Positions 20,488 to 31,065 are shown, counted from the first letter of the stretch. The stretch is DNA of 64,000 nt from an uncultured delta proteobacterium (GCA_963745035.1 CAVUVW010000014.1:416001-480000), one strand, 5' to 3'. Notes: a model not told the origin generated them from the letters alone. Numbers and translations: made by a program.

Positions 20488-22287
20488 ATGATAGGACTAG
20501 TGAACCTAGCGAGCACTGCGGTTGTAAAAAGAAACTTGGCATCGGGGTTCAACGTGAATTGGCCTATTGTTCGAGCGCTGTTTCTGATCGCGATTATTTG
20601 CTTCCCGGCTGGAGCGCGGGCTGCCGTCGTCGACCCAACCGGCCGATCGGGAGAGGCTCCCACTCTGCCACAGGACTTTCAGCCGCCGAAACCTCAGCCA
20701 GGGACACTCTTGCCGCCTGCGCCACTGGCGCCCACAGGCGATCCCATTCCGGGTTTGCGTGTCTTCGTGCGCGAGATCAAGGTTACCGGTAGCACGGTAT
20801 TTTCGGCGGACGAGCTGGGAAAACTAACGGCTCCTTATTTGAACCGCGAGGTCACGTCGGAGGATCTCGAAGCGCTGCGAGTCGCCTTGACGCTGCTCTA
20901 CGTCAACAATGGCTACGTCAATTCGGGGGCGATTCTGCCGGACCAGAAGGTTGCCGACGGCGTGCTGAATTATCAAATCATCGAGGGCAGCTTGACCGGG
21001 ATTGATGTGCGGGGTAACCGCTGGTTTCGCTCGAGTTACTTTCAAAAGCGTTTTTTACTCGACGCCGGCCCTCCGCTTAACGTCAACGCGTTGCAGCAGC
21101 GCTTACAGCTCATGCTCGAGGACTCCCGCATTCAACGCCTGAATGCGGAATTGCGACCGGGAGTCGCTCGCGGTGAGGGCATTTTGGATGTTCGGGTCGA
21201 GGAGCCGCGTCCCTACCGACTTTCGTTCGAATACAACAATTATCAGTCCCCTTCCGTTGGCGAGGACCGTGGCATCGTCGCCTTAGAACACCGAAACGTC
21301 ACCGGCAACGGGGATGTATTCACCGGGCAGTATGGGAGATCGCGAGGGCTCGATCCCCTGCTCGATTTTAAGTACTCATTCCCGGTGACGGCCCGTGACA
21401 CGATCCTCAGCTATCAGTACCGTAGAAATACCTTCTCTGTGATCGAGCAGCCGTTCGAGGATCTCGACATCGAAAGCAAATCGGACGTCTATACTTTGTC
21501 CGTGCGGCATCCGATTTATCGCACGCTCAATAATGAGATAGCTCTTGACCTCACTGGCGAGCGCCTGTCGCACAAAACGACTCTGTTGGGTGAAAAGTTT
21601 TCATTGGAGCCGGGAGCACGAAACGGCCGCACCGCGGTTACCGCCTTGCGGCCGGGTCTCGAGTGGGTGTACAAGTCGCAGAACCAGGTGATCGCCGCGC
21701 GTTCCCGCTTCTCGTTCGGAATTGATGCGATAGATGCAACGGTTAATGATAATGGCTTGCCCGATGGTAAGTTCTTCGCCTGGCTGGGCCAGTTCCAATG
21801 GGTCCGCCGCCTCGGTGTCTTGGACAGCTATTTTATCTTTAGAAGCGATGTTCAACTCGCTAATGATCCGCTTTTATCGCTCGAACAAATCTCCGTCGGT
21901 GGCCGCTACAGCGTCAGAGGATATCGAGAGAACACCCTGTTGAGAGACAGGGCGCTGATCACTTCTTTTGAGACGCGCCTGCCTTTGATCCCGCTGATGA
22001 GAAATTTCTTCGGGGTCGATTTGAATAGCTACGGCTTTCAATACTTAGAACTGGCGCCGTTCTACGATTTCGGACGGGGTTGGAACAAAGAGCTAAAGAC
22101 TCCCCAACCGCAAGACATTTCAAGTGTCGGCGTCGGTCTTCGATGGGCGGTTGCATATCCCTGGCTTGTGACTATTCGGCCTCAGTTCGAAGTATATTGG
22201 GGCCATCGGTTGAGAAAGGTTTTCAATCCGAGAGACTCTCTCCAGGACAACGGGGTCCACCTGCAATTTGTACTCGGATTCTTCTAG
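20488..22287 (+). CDS. TpsB (ShlB/FhaC/HecB) outer-membrane transporter
   Basis: POTRA region 'LYVNNGYVNSGA', 'GGRYSVRGYRE' motif, C-terminal Phe; start uncertain (20359-20554). Confidence 0.92.
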   Translation: MIGLVNLASTAVVKRNLASGFNVNWPIVRALFLIAIICFPAGARAAVVDPTGRSGEAPTLPQDFQPPKPQPGTLLPPAPLAPTGDPIPGLRVFVREIKVTGSTVFSADELGKLTAPYLNREVTSEDLEALRVALTLLYVNNGYVNSGAILPDQKVADGVLNYQIIEGSLTGIDVRGNRWFRSSYFQKRFLLDAGPPLNVNALQQRLQLMLEDSRIQRLNAELRPGVARGEGILDVRVEEPRPYRLSFEYNNYQSPSVGEDRGIVALEHRNVTGNGDVFTGQYGRSRGLDPLLDFKYSFPVTARDTILSYQYRRNTFSVIEQPFEDLDIESKSDVYTLSVRHPIYRTLNNEIALDLTGERLSHKTTLLGEKFSLEPGARNGRTAVTALRPGLEWVYKSQNQVIAARSRFSFGIDAIDATVNDNGLPDGKFFAWLGQFQWVRRLGVLDSYFIFRSDVQLANDPLLSLEQISVGGRYSVRGYRENTLLRDRALITSFETRLPLIPLMRNFFGVDLNSYGFQYLELAPFYDFGRGWNKELKTPQPQDISSVGVGLRWAVAYPWLVTIRPQFEVYWGHRLRKVFNPRDSLQDNGVHLQFVLGFF

Positions 22288-22319
22288 CGCAGAGCCTACG
22301 CGATCAATACCTTATCGGT

Positions 22320-22424
22320 TGTCGTTCTGAGGCGCAGCCGGAAAATCTGCTTATTGTGTCCATCGGAAAAGCAGATGCTTCGCGGAGTTTACCCTGACTT
22401 TGATCCGAAGGACTCAGCATGACA
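22320..22424. repeat. REP/BIME-like palindromic element between convergent genes
   Basis: tgtcgttctgag ... ctcagcatgaca terminal inverted repeat, with inner atctgct/agcagat pair. Confidence 0.6.
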
Positions 22425-22619
22425 TCCACAGGATTCGTCGCGATCGCTTTTCCTCTGTGGGCGAGCGTAAGATCAGAACTCGCTTGGTGGTGAATAGGAA
22501 AACGTCGATCGAGCGCCGAAGAATTAAGGGCACACAAGTCGTAGCGCGGGAGCTAAAAAAAGAGCCTCGGTGGCTGGCAGGGGAATATTCCACCCGCCTA
22601 ACCGCTTAAATGCCGATCA

Positions 22620-23294
22620 TCACTCGTTGGTGGAAGGCAATCCAACCTGAGTCAGCAGAGCTGCCCGCTGCTTGTGCAGTTCTACGTTCTGCGGCGCGGC
22701 GTCGATCAGATCCGAGATCGACTGCAAGGCGTCGTACCAAATTCCAGCTTCAGCATAGATGAAGGGCTTCTCGTTGTTGGCCGATTGCGCTAGCTTGGCT
22801 TTGAGCGGTTCCGGCATGTCGACCCGCTCAATGATACCGCCGGCCAGTATGTCTTTAGAGCGCCGGTCGGCATCGGGAACCACCGCGACAAACCATCGAT
22901 ACGCCATGCCCGGCTTGAGATGAATTTTATAGTCAACGAGTCGAACCTGCTGAATTCCCGACTTAACAGGAGCAGGAAGCCGTGTTTCCAGGATCGGTTG
23001 AATGCCCTGCGGCTCCATCACGGTCAGTTCGATCGGCAGGGAGGTCACGTTGGAGATGAACCAGTAAAGGGACGGTTGTTCGCTGGTCGTGAACCCACTG
23101 TGATCCGGCGCCAAAACCGAAAGAACGAAAACGTTCTTGTCACCTCTAGTGCCGCCGCCGACGCGGCCCCCGGGTGCTCCCCGGGGCGGAAGTTTATAAA
23201 CCGGAACTGTCGCATCCGCCGCTAACAAAGGTAACACCGTCGCTAGAATGAAAATCGCAGCTGAACAGCAAACCATCGGCCTTAGGTACTTCAT
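22620..23294 (-). CDS. DUF928 domain-containing exported protein
   Basis: Signal peptide; 'PPRGAPGGRVGGGTRG', 'TTSEQPSLYWFI', 'YAEAGIWYDAL', 'LLTQVGL'. Confidence 0.85.
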   Translation of the reverse strand: MKYLRPMVCCSAAIFILATVLPLLAADATVPVYKLPPRGAPGGRVGGGTRGDKNVFVLSVLAPDHSGFTTSEQPSLYWFISNVTSLPIELTVMEPQGIQPILETRLPAPVKSGIQQVRLVDYKIHLKPGMAYRWFVAVVPDADRRSKDILAGGIIERVDMPEPLKAKLAQSANNEKPFIYAEAGIWYDALQSISDLIDAAPQNVELHKQRAALLTQVGLPSTNE

Positions 23295-23646
23295 GATTCT
23301 TTCCTCCTTCGCATACGACGCGTAACATCGCGCCAGCCGCCGGCAGGAACTCGCATCTGCCCGAGAGCGTAGCCTCCCAATTTATCCCGACTCTATTCTA
23401 TAATTTCCCTTTTAGCTATCTATGTTCCGCGTACCGCAACTCACGTTTACCGTCAATGCCATGCACCGGCTCTTTCGTAGCTTAGCGAAAACGTCCCATC
23501 GGATAAAATCTTTTCGGCGAAGCAGTGAGATCAGGATAAAAGCGATTGGCGAGTTTGAGACATGACACACGCCCACGCGATGCTTTCGGCAAAACGGGGT
23601 GATGCTCGTCAAGTCGCATATTGTCGCGGGATTCTGCTGGCTTTTG

Positions 23647-25956
23647 TTAGAGCCAATTATTGATCATCAGGAACGCAGACCAATATCCTGGGTGTTCATA
23701 ACGCGGATTTTCAATCAATTTCAGTTGCGCCCGCTGCAGAGCGACCGCTCTCGATATCGCCGGGTTCTTAACTTCGCGGTAAAAGTCCAGAACCAAGCCC
23801 ACTGTCGCTTCGTCGTTGATGTTCCATAAAGTCGCGAGGGCGCTTCTGGCCCCTGCCTTAATCGCCATTCCCGCCAGGCCCAAAGCAGCTCGGTCATCGC
23901 CGGCCGCGGTGTCGCACGCGCTCAAGGTGAGTAGCTCTAACGGATCATCACGAAATCTGAAGACTCCGACCATCTGATTGAGTCGGTCCAACGACAACTT
24001 GTCATCGAAAGTGAGCAGGAAAGTGTTTTCGACATCGTTCCCAAACTCTCCATGCGAAGCGACATGGACGATGGTGAATTCCTCGTCCTTCAACTTCTTT
24101 TCCAAATTGGCCGCGAGAAACTCGCGGTTGACAAGGTTCTGACTTCCCAGAAGAGTGTGCATTTGTTGCAGCTCCGCCGCGACATTAGGCAATGCCGGAA
24201 ACCCCTGCACCGCCTCCGTCACGCCGACAGCCAACACCTTCATATTTTCTCGCTTGAGTGGGCGAGGATCGCTGAGATTCAAGCTGGGAGTGATCCCTAC
24301 GGCGTATTTGGCGATCAAAAACTGCTTCCCGTCATGCAGGGCCGTCATCGGAATCGTTCGGAGCGCTCCGTCAGGGACGAAAACCAGGGTATCGATGGGC
24401 GACGCCGCAAGGTCCGCCTCCAACGGTCGGATCAGCCAATCATAGAGTTTTTGCGCGTGAGGCAGGTACTCCCGCGTCGTTCGTTTTTCCAGCCTGCGGC
24501 GCAATTGGCGCACCTCCTCTGTGAGCGTCGCCGCGCCGACGGGAACCGATACTCGTTTTAGCCCGCTCGGCAAGCTTAGGAGCAGCTCGGTTCGATCTGC
24601 CAGGAGGATCGGGTAGATGACAACCGCTGTCTGGGCCACGACATCGAGCGTGGTGATTTTCGATAGGGCAGTATCGACGCAATCGTCACGGAAGTAATCG
24701 CGCAATTCGGCCGCCTTAAACAATTCGATAGTCTCGCGCGCTTCGATCAGGTAGGGCCCGACTTGGTCGCGGTCCTGCAGCGACGCTGCGCGTTGCAGCA
24801 GCAGATCCACCAACTCAAAATACACGGGTCCCATACTCTCTCGGAACGAAGTTTGTGGAGCTCCATAGCTGACCGACAGCTCGGGTCGAATCGATTGAAG
24901 CGTTCGCACGGCGCGGCGGTAGGCTCCAATCGCGTCGTCGATCGTTCCGATTTTCCGTAGTAGACGTCCCGTTTGCCATTCCCAGCGATAAAGCGATTCA
25001 GGCGCATTGACTTGCTGGGCTGCGAACGTCGCCCTGCGAGTCAACTGCAAAGCCTCTTGGTAGCGCTGTTCGTCTTCGTACAAACTGCCGAGATGGCCCC
25101 AAGCGTAGGACGACATGCGGCGGTCTCCGATACTCTCGGCCGTCGTGGCCGCTTCACTAAGCGCCTTATGCGCAAGCAGTAAAAGAGACTCTTTTGCGTC
25201 CGGTAAATTTGGACGCAGATCGAAATAGCCCAGCCCGATGTTAACTAAGCCCGCTGCTTTGTCGTGTGATGGTTCCAAGGCAGCCATTTGATCCAACGCC
25301 TTGTCGAGCAGCGCTTTAGCCTCCTTATGTTGGTTGATATTTGTTGACGCGGTTGCGGCATTGACCAGCGCGGTTGCAACCAGCGAGTGGTTATTGCCCA
25401 CGGATGCGAGAGACACACTCTCCTTGTAGGCGGCGAGGGCTTCGGTGTATTTTTTTTGTTGTGTTAGAAGATTTCCGAGGTTGTTCAGGATGATTGCGGA
25501 TACATCCTGGTTCTTCAGTTCTCTTGCCAAGCGAAGCCCTTCATCAAGGTGTTTTCGAGCTGTTTCCAAAGGGCCGGTGGCAATATAAACGTTGCCCAAG
25601 GTTGCTCGCGCAATAGCAAGCTGCGTTCTATCATTCGACTTATCAGCGAGCGCCAGAGCCGACTCGAGATTTTGTAAGGCGTCCCTATAGTGACCAAGCG
25701 CCTGGTATGCTTGAGCGAGGTGAATGAGCGCGCTACTCTGTTCGCTGAACTTTTGCTCTGCTTCGTACAATCGCGCGGCTTCTCGCCAACTCAATGTTGC
25801 CTGCTCGAAATCACCGTGCTGCGATAGGCGCAAGCCCTCTTTCATACGTTGCTCCGCCGAAGGAGATGCCGAGGCGGGCAAAGTGGCGGCTAACGAGACT
25901 GGAAGATTTCCAACAGAAGTGAGAATGGCGAGTGCTAGAATTCGCCCAGTACACAT
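23647..25956 (-). CDS. Exported TPR-repeat CHAT (caspase/separase-like) protease
   Basis: Signal peptide; many TPRs; 'VPDGALRTIPM', 'LPNVAAEL', catalytic His 'HVASHG' and Cys 'LSACDTA', 'TLWNIND', 'HPGYWSAF'. Confidence 0.93.
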   Translation of the reverse strand: MCTGRILALAILTSVGNLPVSLAATLPASASPSAEQRMKEGLRLSQHGDFEQATLSWREAARLYEAEQKFSEQSSALIHLAQAYQALGHYRDALQNLESALALADKSNDRTQLAIARATLGNVYIATGPLETARKHLDEGLRLARELKNQDVSAIILNNLGNLLTQQKKYTEALAAYKESVSLASVGNNHSLVATALVNAATASTNINQHKEAKALLDKALDQMAALEPSHDKAAGLVNIGLGYFDLRPNLPDAKESLLLLAHKALSEAATTAESIGDRRMSSYAWGHLGSLYEDEQRYQEALQLTRRATFAAQQVNAPESLYRWEWQTGRLLRKIGTIDDAIGAYRRAVRTLQSIRPELSVSYGAPQTSFRESMGPVYFELVDLLLQRAASLQDRDQVGPYLIEARETIELFKAAELRDYFRDDCVDTALSKITTLDVVAQTAVVIYPILLADRTELLLSLPSGLKRVSVPVGAATLTEEVRQLRRRLEKRTTREYLPHAQKLYDWLIRPLEADLAASPIDTLVFVPDGALRTIPMTALHDGKQFLIAKYAVGITPSLNLSDPRPLKRENMKVLAVGVTEAVQGFPALPNVAAELQQMHTLLGSQNLVNREFLAANLEKKLKDEEFTIVHVASHGEFGNDVENTFLLTFDDKLSLDRLNQMVGVFRFRDDPLELLTLSACDTAAGDDRAALGLAGMAIKAGARSALATLWNINDEATVGLVLDFYREVKNPAISRAVALQRAQLKLIENPRYEHPGYWSAFLMINNWL

Positions 25957-26323
25957 AACCGGAAAGAAAAGCGACGTATTGCCTGAACAGCACGATTCAA
26001 TAACATAACTTTTTACGTCTCGTCAGTTACTTGAAAGGCGCCCGATCTATATCGCGGAATCTTCTCTTAATCAATCTCTGCCGATGCCCAGGATTTTCTC
26101 TCGGGTGTTAAGAGTTTTAGTCGGGTTTAGAGGGGCGGAGTCAGCCGTTATGCCGTGCAATCAGGCCGCCTTGGGTCGAAGAGCTGAAATGTGGCCGTAG
26201 TCGACTGAAATGGCACTATCATGAGACAGTGAAGGAACATGGGGCAATATTGGGTTTCAGTGTTCAGGTTTCAGGATTAAAAGTTTCTTGACATCGATAC
26301 CTCAAACCTGAAGGAGAAACACA

Positions 26324-26844
26324 ATGAAGTTTCATTTCGTGAAAACAAGTATGAGCGTTGCCCTAGCGACGGTAGTCTCGGCAGTCGTGATAGTGGCTTG
26401 CGGCCCAGCGAGCACATCAAGAGATACCGCCGGTAGCAGGGAAATTGTCACGGCTCGCAGACAGCTCGATGATCACATGGCGGAATGTACCAAACGCTAC
26501 GGTTATGATCCCGAAGCTGGCTCCAAACTTGGGGCAAATGTCCTTGGGCCAGGTGAGCGAGAATGGCGGGGCTGCGTCTATCAGGGAATCGAAAAGTACT
26601 TGATCCCGAGAACGCTGAGCCCCGAAGTCATACCGACGCGCGATTGCCGAGGACCGCAAGATGACCGACAGCCATCGCCAAAGGCGAGATGACCCGCGCG
26701 CAGCGTCAGGCTCGTGTCCAACAGATGCTTGAAGAGATCGACCGGATAGAGGAAGCAAACCGGGCTAAGCAAGACATCGATCGCTTGGAGATGGAGATGC
26801 GACAGGACATGATGCGGCGGTCGCTCAGTCCGCTTGTGCGTTGA
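26324..26844 (+). CDS. Hypothetical lipoprotein (frameshifts near 26630-26680)
   Basis: RBS aaggaga; lipobox 'VIVAC'; corrected frame continues ...MTRAQRQARVQQMLEEIDRIEE...SLSPLVR*. Confidence 0.65.
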
Positions 26845-27062
26845 GGCGGCGTCCACAGCATGGACGGCTTTGGTAAGCAGAATTAGCGCAGTCAGCGGCG
26901 ATTGGAGAACTGCCCCATGCAATAAATAACTCAGTTATCGCTTGACCTCCCGACTAAAGCGCTTTCGCTTGGTCATCGAACAGGTTTCTTGTCCCCTATT
27001 TCGGTGTCCGTTTCACCCGGGCGAGGTCAATCGAATCTTCTTTCGAGGTTAAAAAATTTTCA

Positions 27063-29198
27063 TCATTTCTCCTGCATGACCACCAGGACTCCGTTTTCGC
27101 CCGCCGCCAGCCGCCAGGCATGAAACGCCGCGGGCGCGTCGGCCGGAAAATCGCGGTGCAGCGCAGCGAAAAGTTCCGCGGCTTCAGGTTTTTCCTGGCT
27201 TAGCGCAGCATAGGCTTCGGCGTAGCGCGCCAGCAGCGCCGGCGGGTCGGCCGGAGAGACCGGCGCCAGGATAGGGTACGGCATTCTTTCGGCCTTTCAC
27301 GATTATGTCACCAACCGGACGAAACGCTATGGCGCCGGCACTGCGCGGCGGTCTCGCCGGTCACCGCTACATGGCTGCCGATATACTTGTTCAGCCCCTC
27401 CACGCGGGAGGCGGTGTTCAGCGTATCGCCCAGCGCGCCGTATTTCAGCTTGCCGTGCGTGCCGATATTGCCGACCAGCGCCATGCCGGTATGCACGCCG
27501 ATGCGGGTATGGCCCCACTCGATGCCGCGCGCCGCAAGCTCGGCACTGAAAGCGCTGGCCGCGCTTGTCCATCGCCAGAGCGGCGGCCACGGCGCGGTCA
27601 GCGTGGTCTGCCTGGTGCATCGGCGCACCGAACAGCACCACCAGGCCGTCGCCGATGAAGTCGTTTACCAGGCCGCCATTTTGCACCACCACATCTGTCA
27701 GCACGCCGAAATAGTCGCCTAGCAGCGCGGCCACGGTGGCAGCGTCCAAGTTCTCGGCCGTGGTGGTGAAGCCGGCGATATCGGTGAAGATAGCGGTGAC
27801 CTCGCGGTGCTCGCCACCAAAGCTCGGCAGGGTGTCGCCCTGCATCATCTGGCTGATGATGCGCGGGTCGAGGTAGCTCTCGAAGCTGCGGCGTAGTTGG
27901 GCACGTTCCCGCAGCCCGACCGAGTGCATGACGAAGTTGCAACCTGCCGCGCTCAGTACCCAGGCCAGCGCCACCGGCACGCCTGGCAACAACACTCCAG
28001 CCTCGAAGCCCCAGGCGGTGGCGCCAGCCACCAATCCAAGGGCTAGCAGCAGCGCCACCAACACCACCAGCACACGCCAGACCAGCAGCGCCAGCACCGC
28101 GCCGGCCATGGCCGCGGCCCAGATGGCGACATGGTCCAGCACGCGCGGCAACGGTACCGGGTTGCGCGCTTCGCCATTGGCTAGGCGGATCAGCTGGTCA
28201 GCGGTGTGCGCATGCAGTGCAATCCCGATAAGCGCTCCCTCGCCGCTCCAGCCTGTACTCAACGGGGTGGCGAAACTATCCTTGATGGAAAGCGCCGCGG
28301 TGCCGACCAGCACAATGCGGTCGCGCAGCGTCTCCGCCAGCTCCGGCCGGTCGATGATCTCGGCGAAGCTGATCTGGCGGAAGCGCCGGTGGCCGCCGCG
28401 AAAATCCAATAGCATCTGGTAGCCAGCGGCATCCACCCGTGCATAGGGACCATAGGGCTGGTTCAGCAGCGGGATGCGGCCTTGGCCTAGCGCCAGGTCA
28501 TCGTCCATCGGGCGCAGTTGCTGGCCGGTGTAACGTTCGGCCAGAGAGACGCCCATGGTGCGCCAGTTTGTACCGGTGCGTTCATCGGCGGCGAAAAGCA
28601 GTGCCCGGCGCACCACACCGCCGGCATCCGTCACGTGGTCGGCCAGTACCTCGCGGCCAGTCCCTCGCAGTACCGGCGGCGGCGGAACACCGGTATTGCC
28701 CTCGTCCGGCAGCTTGAAGACCCAATAAAGGTTGTCCTGCGCCCGCTGGATGGCTTGCAACGCCTCGTTGCCCGGCGGCATGGGCAAGTCGCGGTACAGA
28801 TCCACGCCCACCGCCTTCGGCCCGCCGGCGAAGACGCGTGCCAGCACGGCAGAAAGGTCGTTGTCGCGGATGGGATAACCGAAGCGGTTAATATCCGCTT
28901 CGGTGGTGACCACCAGCACCACGCGGTCGCTTTCCTGTGACCCGGCAAAGAAGGTCACCAGCCTGTCGTACGACGAAAGCTCCAACCCTTGCAGCCAGCC
29001 GGCTTCCCGCAGCGGCACCAGTAGCAGGGCCACCAGGCTTGCCACCATCAGCGCCTTGACGAAACGCCGGCGCAGCAGGGCGGCCAGCCAATGCCGCGTT
29101 CGTGCTGGCGCGCCTTGCGCCGCCTGGCCTGCGCCGCCATCGATCTTAACGTCGCGGGATCTTTGACCAACTCCTAAAGTCGGTTGGGTTCCGGGCAT
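27063..29198 (-). CDS. CHASE2-domain class III nucleotidyl cyclase (frameshifts near 27300-27570)
   Basis: CHASE2 'LQGLELSSYDRL...VGVDLYRDLP...LRDRIVLVG...KDSFATP...HAH', 3 TMs, 'IFTDIAGFT', 'FIGDG', 'GDTLNTASRVEG', C-terminal 'GVLVVMQEK'. Confidence 0.9.
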
Positions 29199-29565
29199 GC
29201 CTTATTGATATTCTCGCGACTCTTCACAGCGATCGCGTAGAGAGGTTGGGAGTTTGTCTTTTAACAGCGCCTCATGGGGTTCCCCCATAAAGTTCTGATC
29301 CACACTTTTCGCATTTTCTTTCATTGAATGCGTCCAACAGGTTCTCAAAATAAACCGCAACACGCCCTAGTTTCGGCGGATAGGCTGTAACTACGAACAC
29401 ATTCTGAAGTCGAACATTTCCTTAACTTCCGGTACGGGATATCCGCATGGCGTTTTCTGAAACGAACTTTCCCATCTTCTCGCTCGCAAATACAAACTTC
29501 AGGCGAGAATCCTAATGTGGCCATAATGATGTGTCAATCATTGGAAGGGAAGGGGGATAAAGACA

Positions 29566-29751
29566 TGGGTAACAGAGGATTTTCTCCCATGACGACTCTT
29601 TGTATTTTTCTGTTCTATTATTGGCAGGGCTCGGATTCCCCTTCACGGCTCATGCGACCGACGAACCGCTGGCCGTAGTCGACGGGGTACGATTGGCTCC
29701 GAGAAGTTTGAAGACAGTCTGGCGGGGCAGTTACATCAACTCCAGACTTGA
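29566..29751 (+). pseudogene. Truncated paralogue of the N-terminus of the downstream DsbA-like gene
   Basis: Signal-like 'SVLLLAGLGFPFTAHA' + DEPLAVVDGV/TIGSEKFEDSLAGQLHQL aligns with GDTLAEVDGVPITSEEVEKPLASQLSKL. Confidence 0.55.
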
Positions 29752-29830
29752 CCTGATCGCCCCATCTTGCGGATTGAAACACGGTGGTGTAAGGCTCTAG
29801 TCCTCAAACCATACAATAAAGGACGATTCC

Positions 29831-30853
29831 ATGAGGGCTTTTGCGACGTTACTGATACTGGTATGCCTCGGATATCCACATACAGCTCAAGCGGCAGGCG
29901 ATACGCTAGCCGAGGTCGACGGCGTTCCGATCACCTCCGAGGAAGTTGAGAAGCCTCTGGCGTCGCAGCTGAGCAAGCTCGAAGAGCAAATTTACAACAT
30001 GAAGCGCCAACGTGTTGAGGCGCTTATCAATGAGAAACTTCTTGCTAAAGAGGCAGCGAAAAGAAGCCTCTCGGTTCCGGCGCTTCTCGATGCCGAAGTC
30101 ACCTCGAAAGTCGGTCTAGTCACAGAGCAGGAGATTGAAAAATTTTACGAGCAAAACAAAGCCCAGCTGAAAGGCGAAAAGAGCAGTCTGCGGGAACAAA
30201 TCAGGCCTCACCTGCAAAATCAGAAACTAGCTGCGAAGCGAGAAGAATTTCTAAAATCGCTCCGCTCGCAAGCCAAAATCGTAGTTAACCTGAAGCCGCC
30301 GCACGTCCCTCGGGTCGAAGTGGCGGTGGAGGGAGCACCTTTTAAAGGACCTGAGAAAGCGCCGGTTACCATAGTTGAGTTTTCGGACTTTCACTGCCCG
30401 TTTTGCCAGCAGGTTCTCCCCACTCTCGCTCAAATCGAATCGCAGTACGGCGACAAAATAAAGCTTGTCTTTCGTGACTTTCCGATCGAGGGCATACATC
30501 CGGGAGCGAGCAAGGCCCACGAGGCGGCGCGCTGCGCACACGAACAGGGCAAATTTTGGGCTTATCACGATAAGTTATTTGCTAGTCCGCCGAAGTCCAG
30601 CCCGGAAATCTTCAAAGCGATCGCCAAGGAGCTCGCGCTCGACATGACTCGCTTTGGGACCTGTTTCGATAGCGGGAGGTATCAGGCCATCGTCAAGAAA
30701 GACGTCGAGGAAGGGAATCGCCTAGGCGTAACGGGCACTCCCGGCTTCTTCATCAACGGCCGCAGTGTTTCAGGCGCGCAGCCGCTGGAGGCTTTCACGC
30801 GCATTATCGATGACGAACTGTCCCGCGGTGCTATCCAGAGCGGTACTCGTTAG
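29831..30853 (+). CDS. DsbA-family thioredoxin with SurA-like N-terminal domain
   Basis: Signal peptide; 'EFSDFHCPFC', 'GVTGTPGFFING...GAQP'. Confidence 0.9.
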   Translation: MRAFATLLILVCLGYPHTAQAAGDTLAEVDGVPITSEEVEKPLASQLSKLEEQIYNMKRQRVEALINEKLLAKEAAKRSLSVPALLDAEVTSKVGLVTEQEIEKFYEQNKAQLKGEKSSLREQIRPHLQNQKLAAKREEFLKSLRSQAKIVVNLKPPHVPRVEVAVEGAPFKGPEKAPVTIVEFSDFHCPFCQQVLPTLAQIESQYGDKIKLVFRDFPIEGIHPGASKAHEAARCAHEQGKFWAYHDKLFASPPKSSPEIFKAIAKELALDMTRFGTCFDSGRYQAIVKKDVEEGNRLGVTGTPGFFINGRSVSGAQPLEAFTRIIDDELSRGAIQSGTR

Positions 30854-30895
30854 CTTCGGAAGATTTGGCCTATTGTTTGAGTTAGGTTAAGTTGG

Positions 30896-30934
30896 AAAGG
30901 GGGAAAGGTTCTAGAACCTTTCCCCCTTTTGTTT
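30896..30934 (+). terminator. Intrinsic terminator (perfect 34-nt palindrome)
   Basis: aaagggggaaaggttct/agaacctttcccccttt followed by tgttt. Confidence 0.8.
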
Positions 30935-31065
30935 CGTCTATGTCGCAGTAGCGAAGACGGAAACCATTAATTCCGGCACGAAGCCAAGTTTAAATCGATT
31001 CATTGTTGACCGCTGTTGACAAACTCAGCTATAGACTGCTCGACACCTTCAGAACCTTAAGCCGA

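Noticed and set aside
14876-22287. Contact-dependent inhibition (CdiA/CdiB/CdiI) system
   Set aside because: No VENN/pre-toxin motif, toxin domain or immunity gene; tpsA runs straight into tpsB
29200-29560. Possible IS-end remnants in the AT-rich gap
   Set aside because: No transposase fragment, paired terminal repeats or target duplication could be identified
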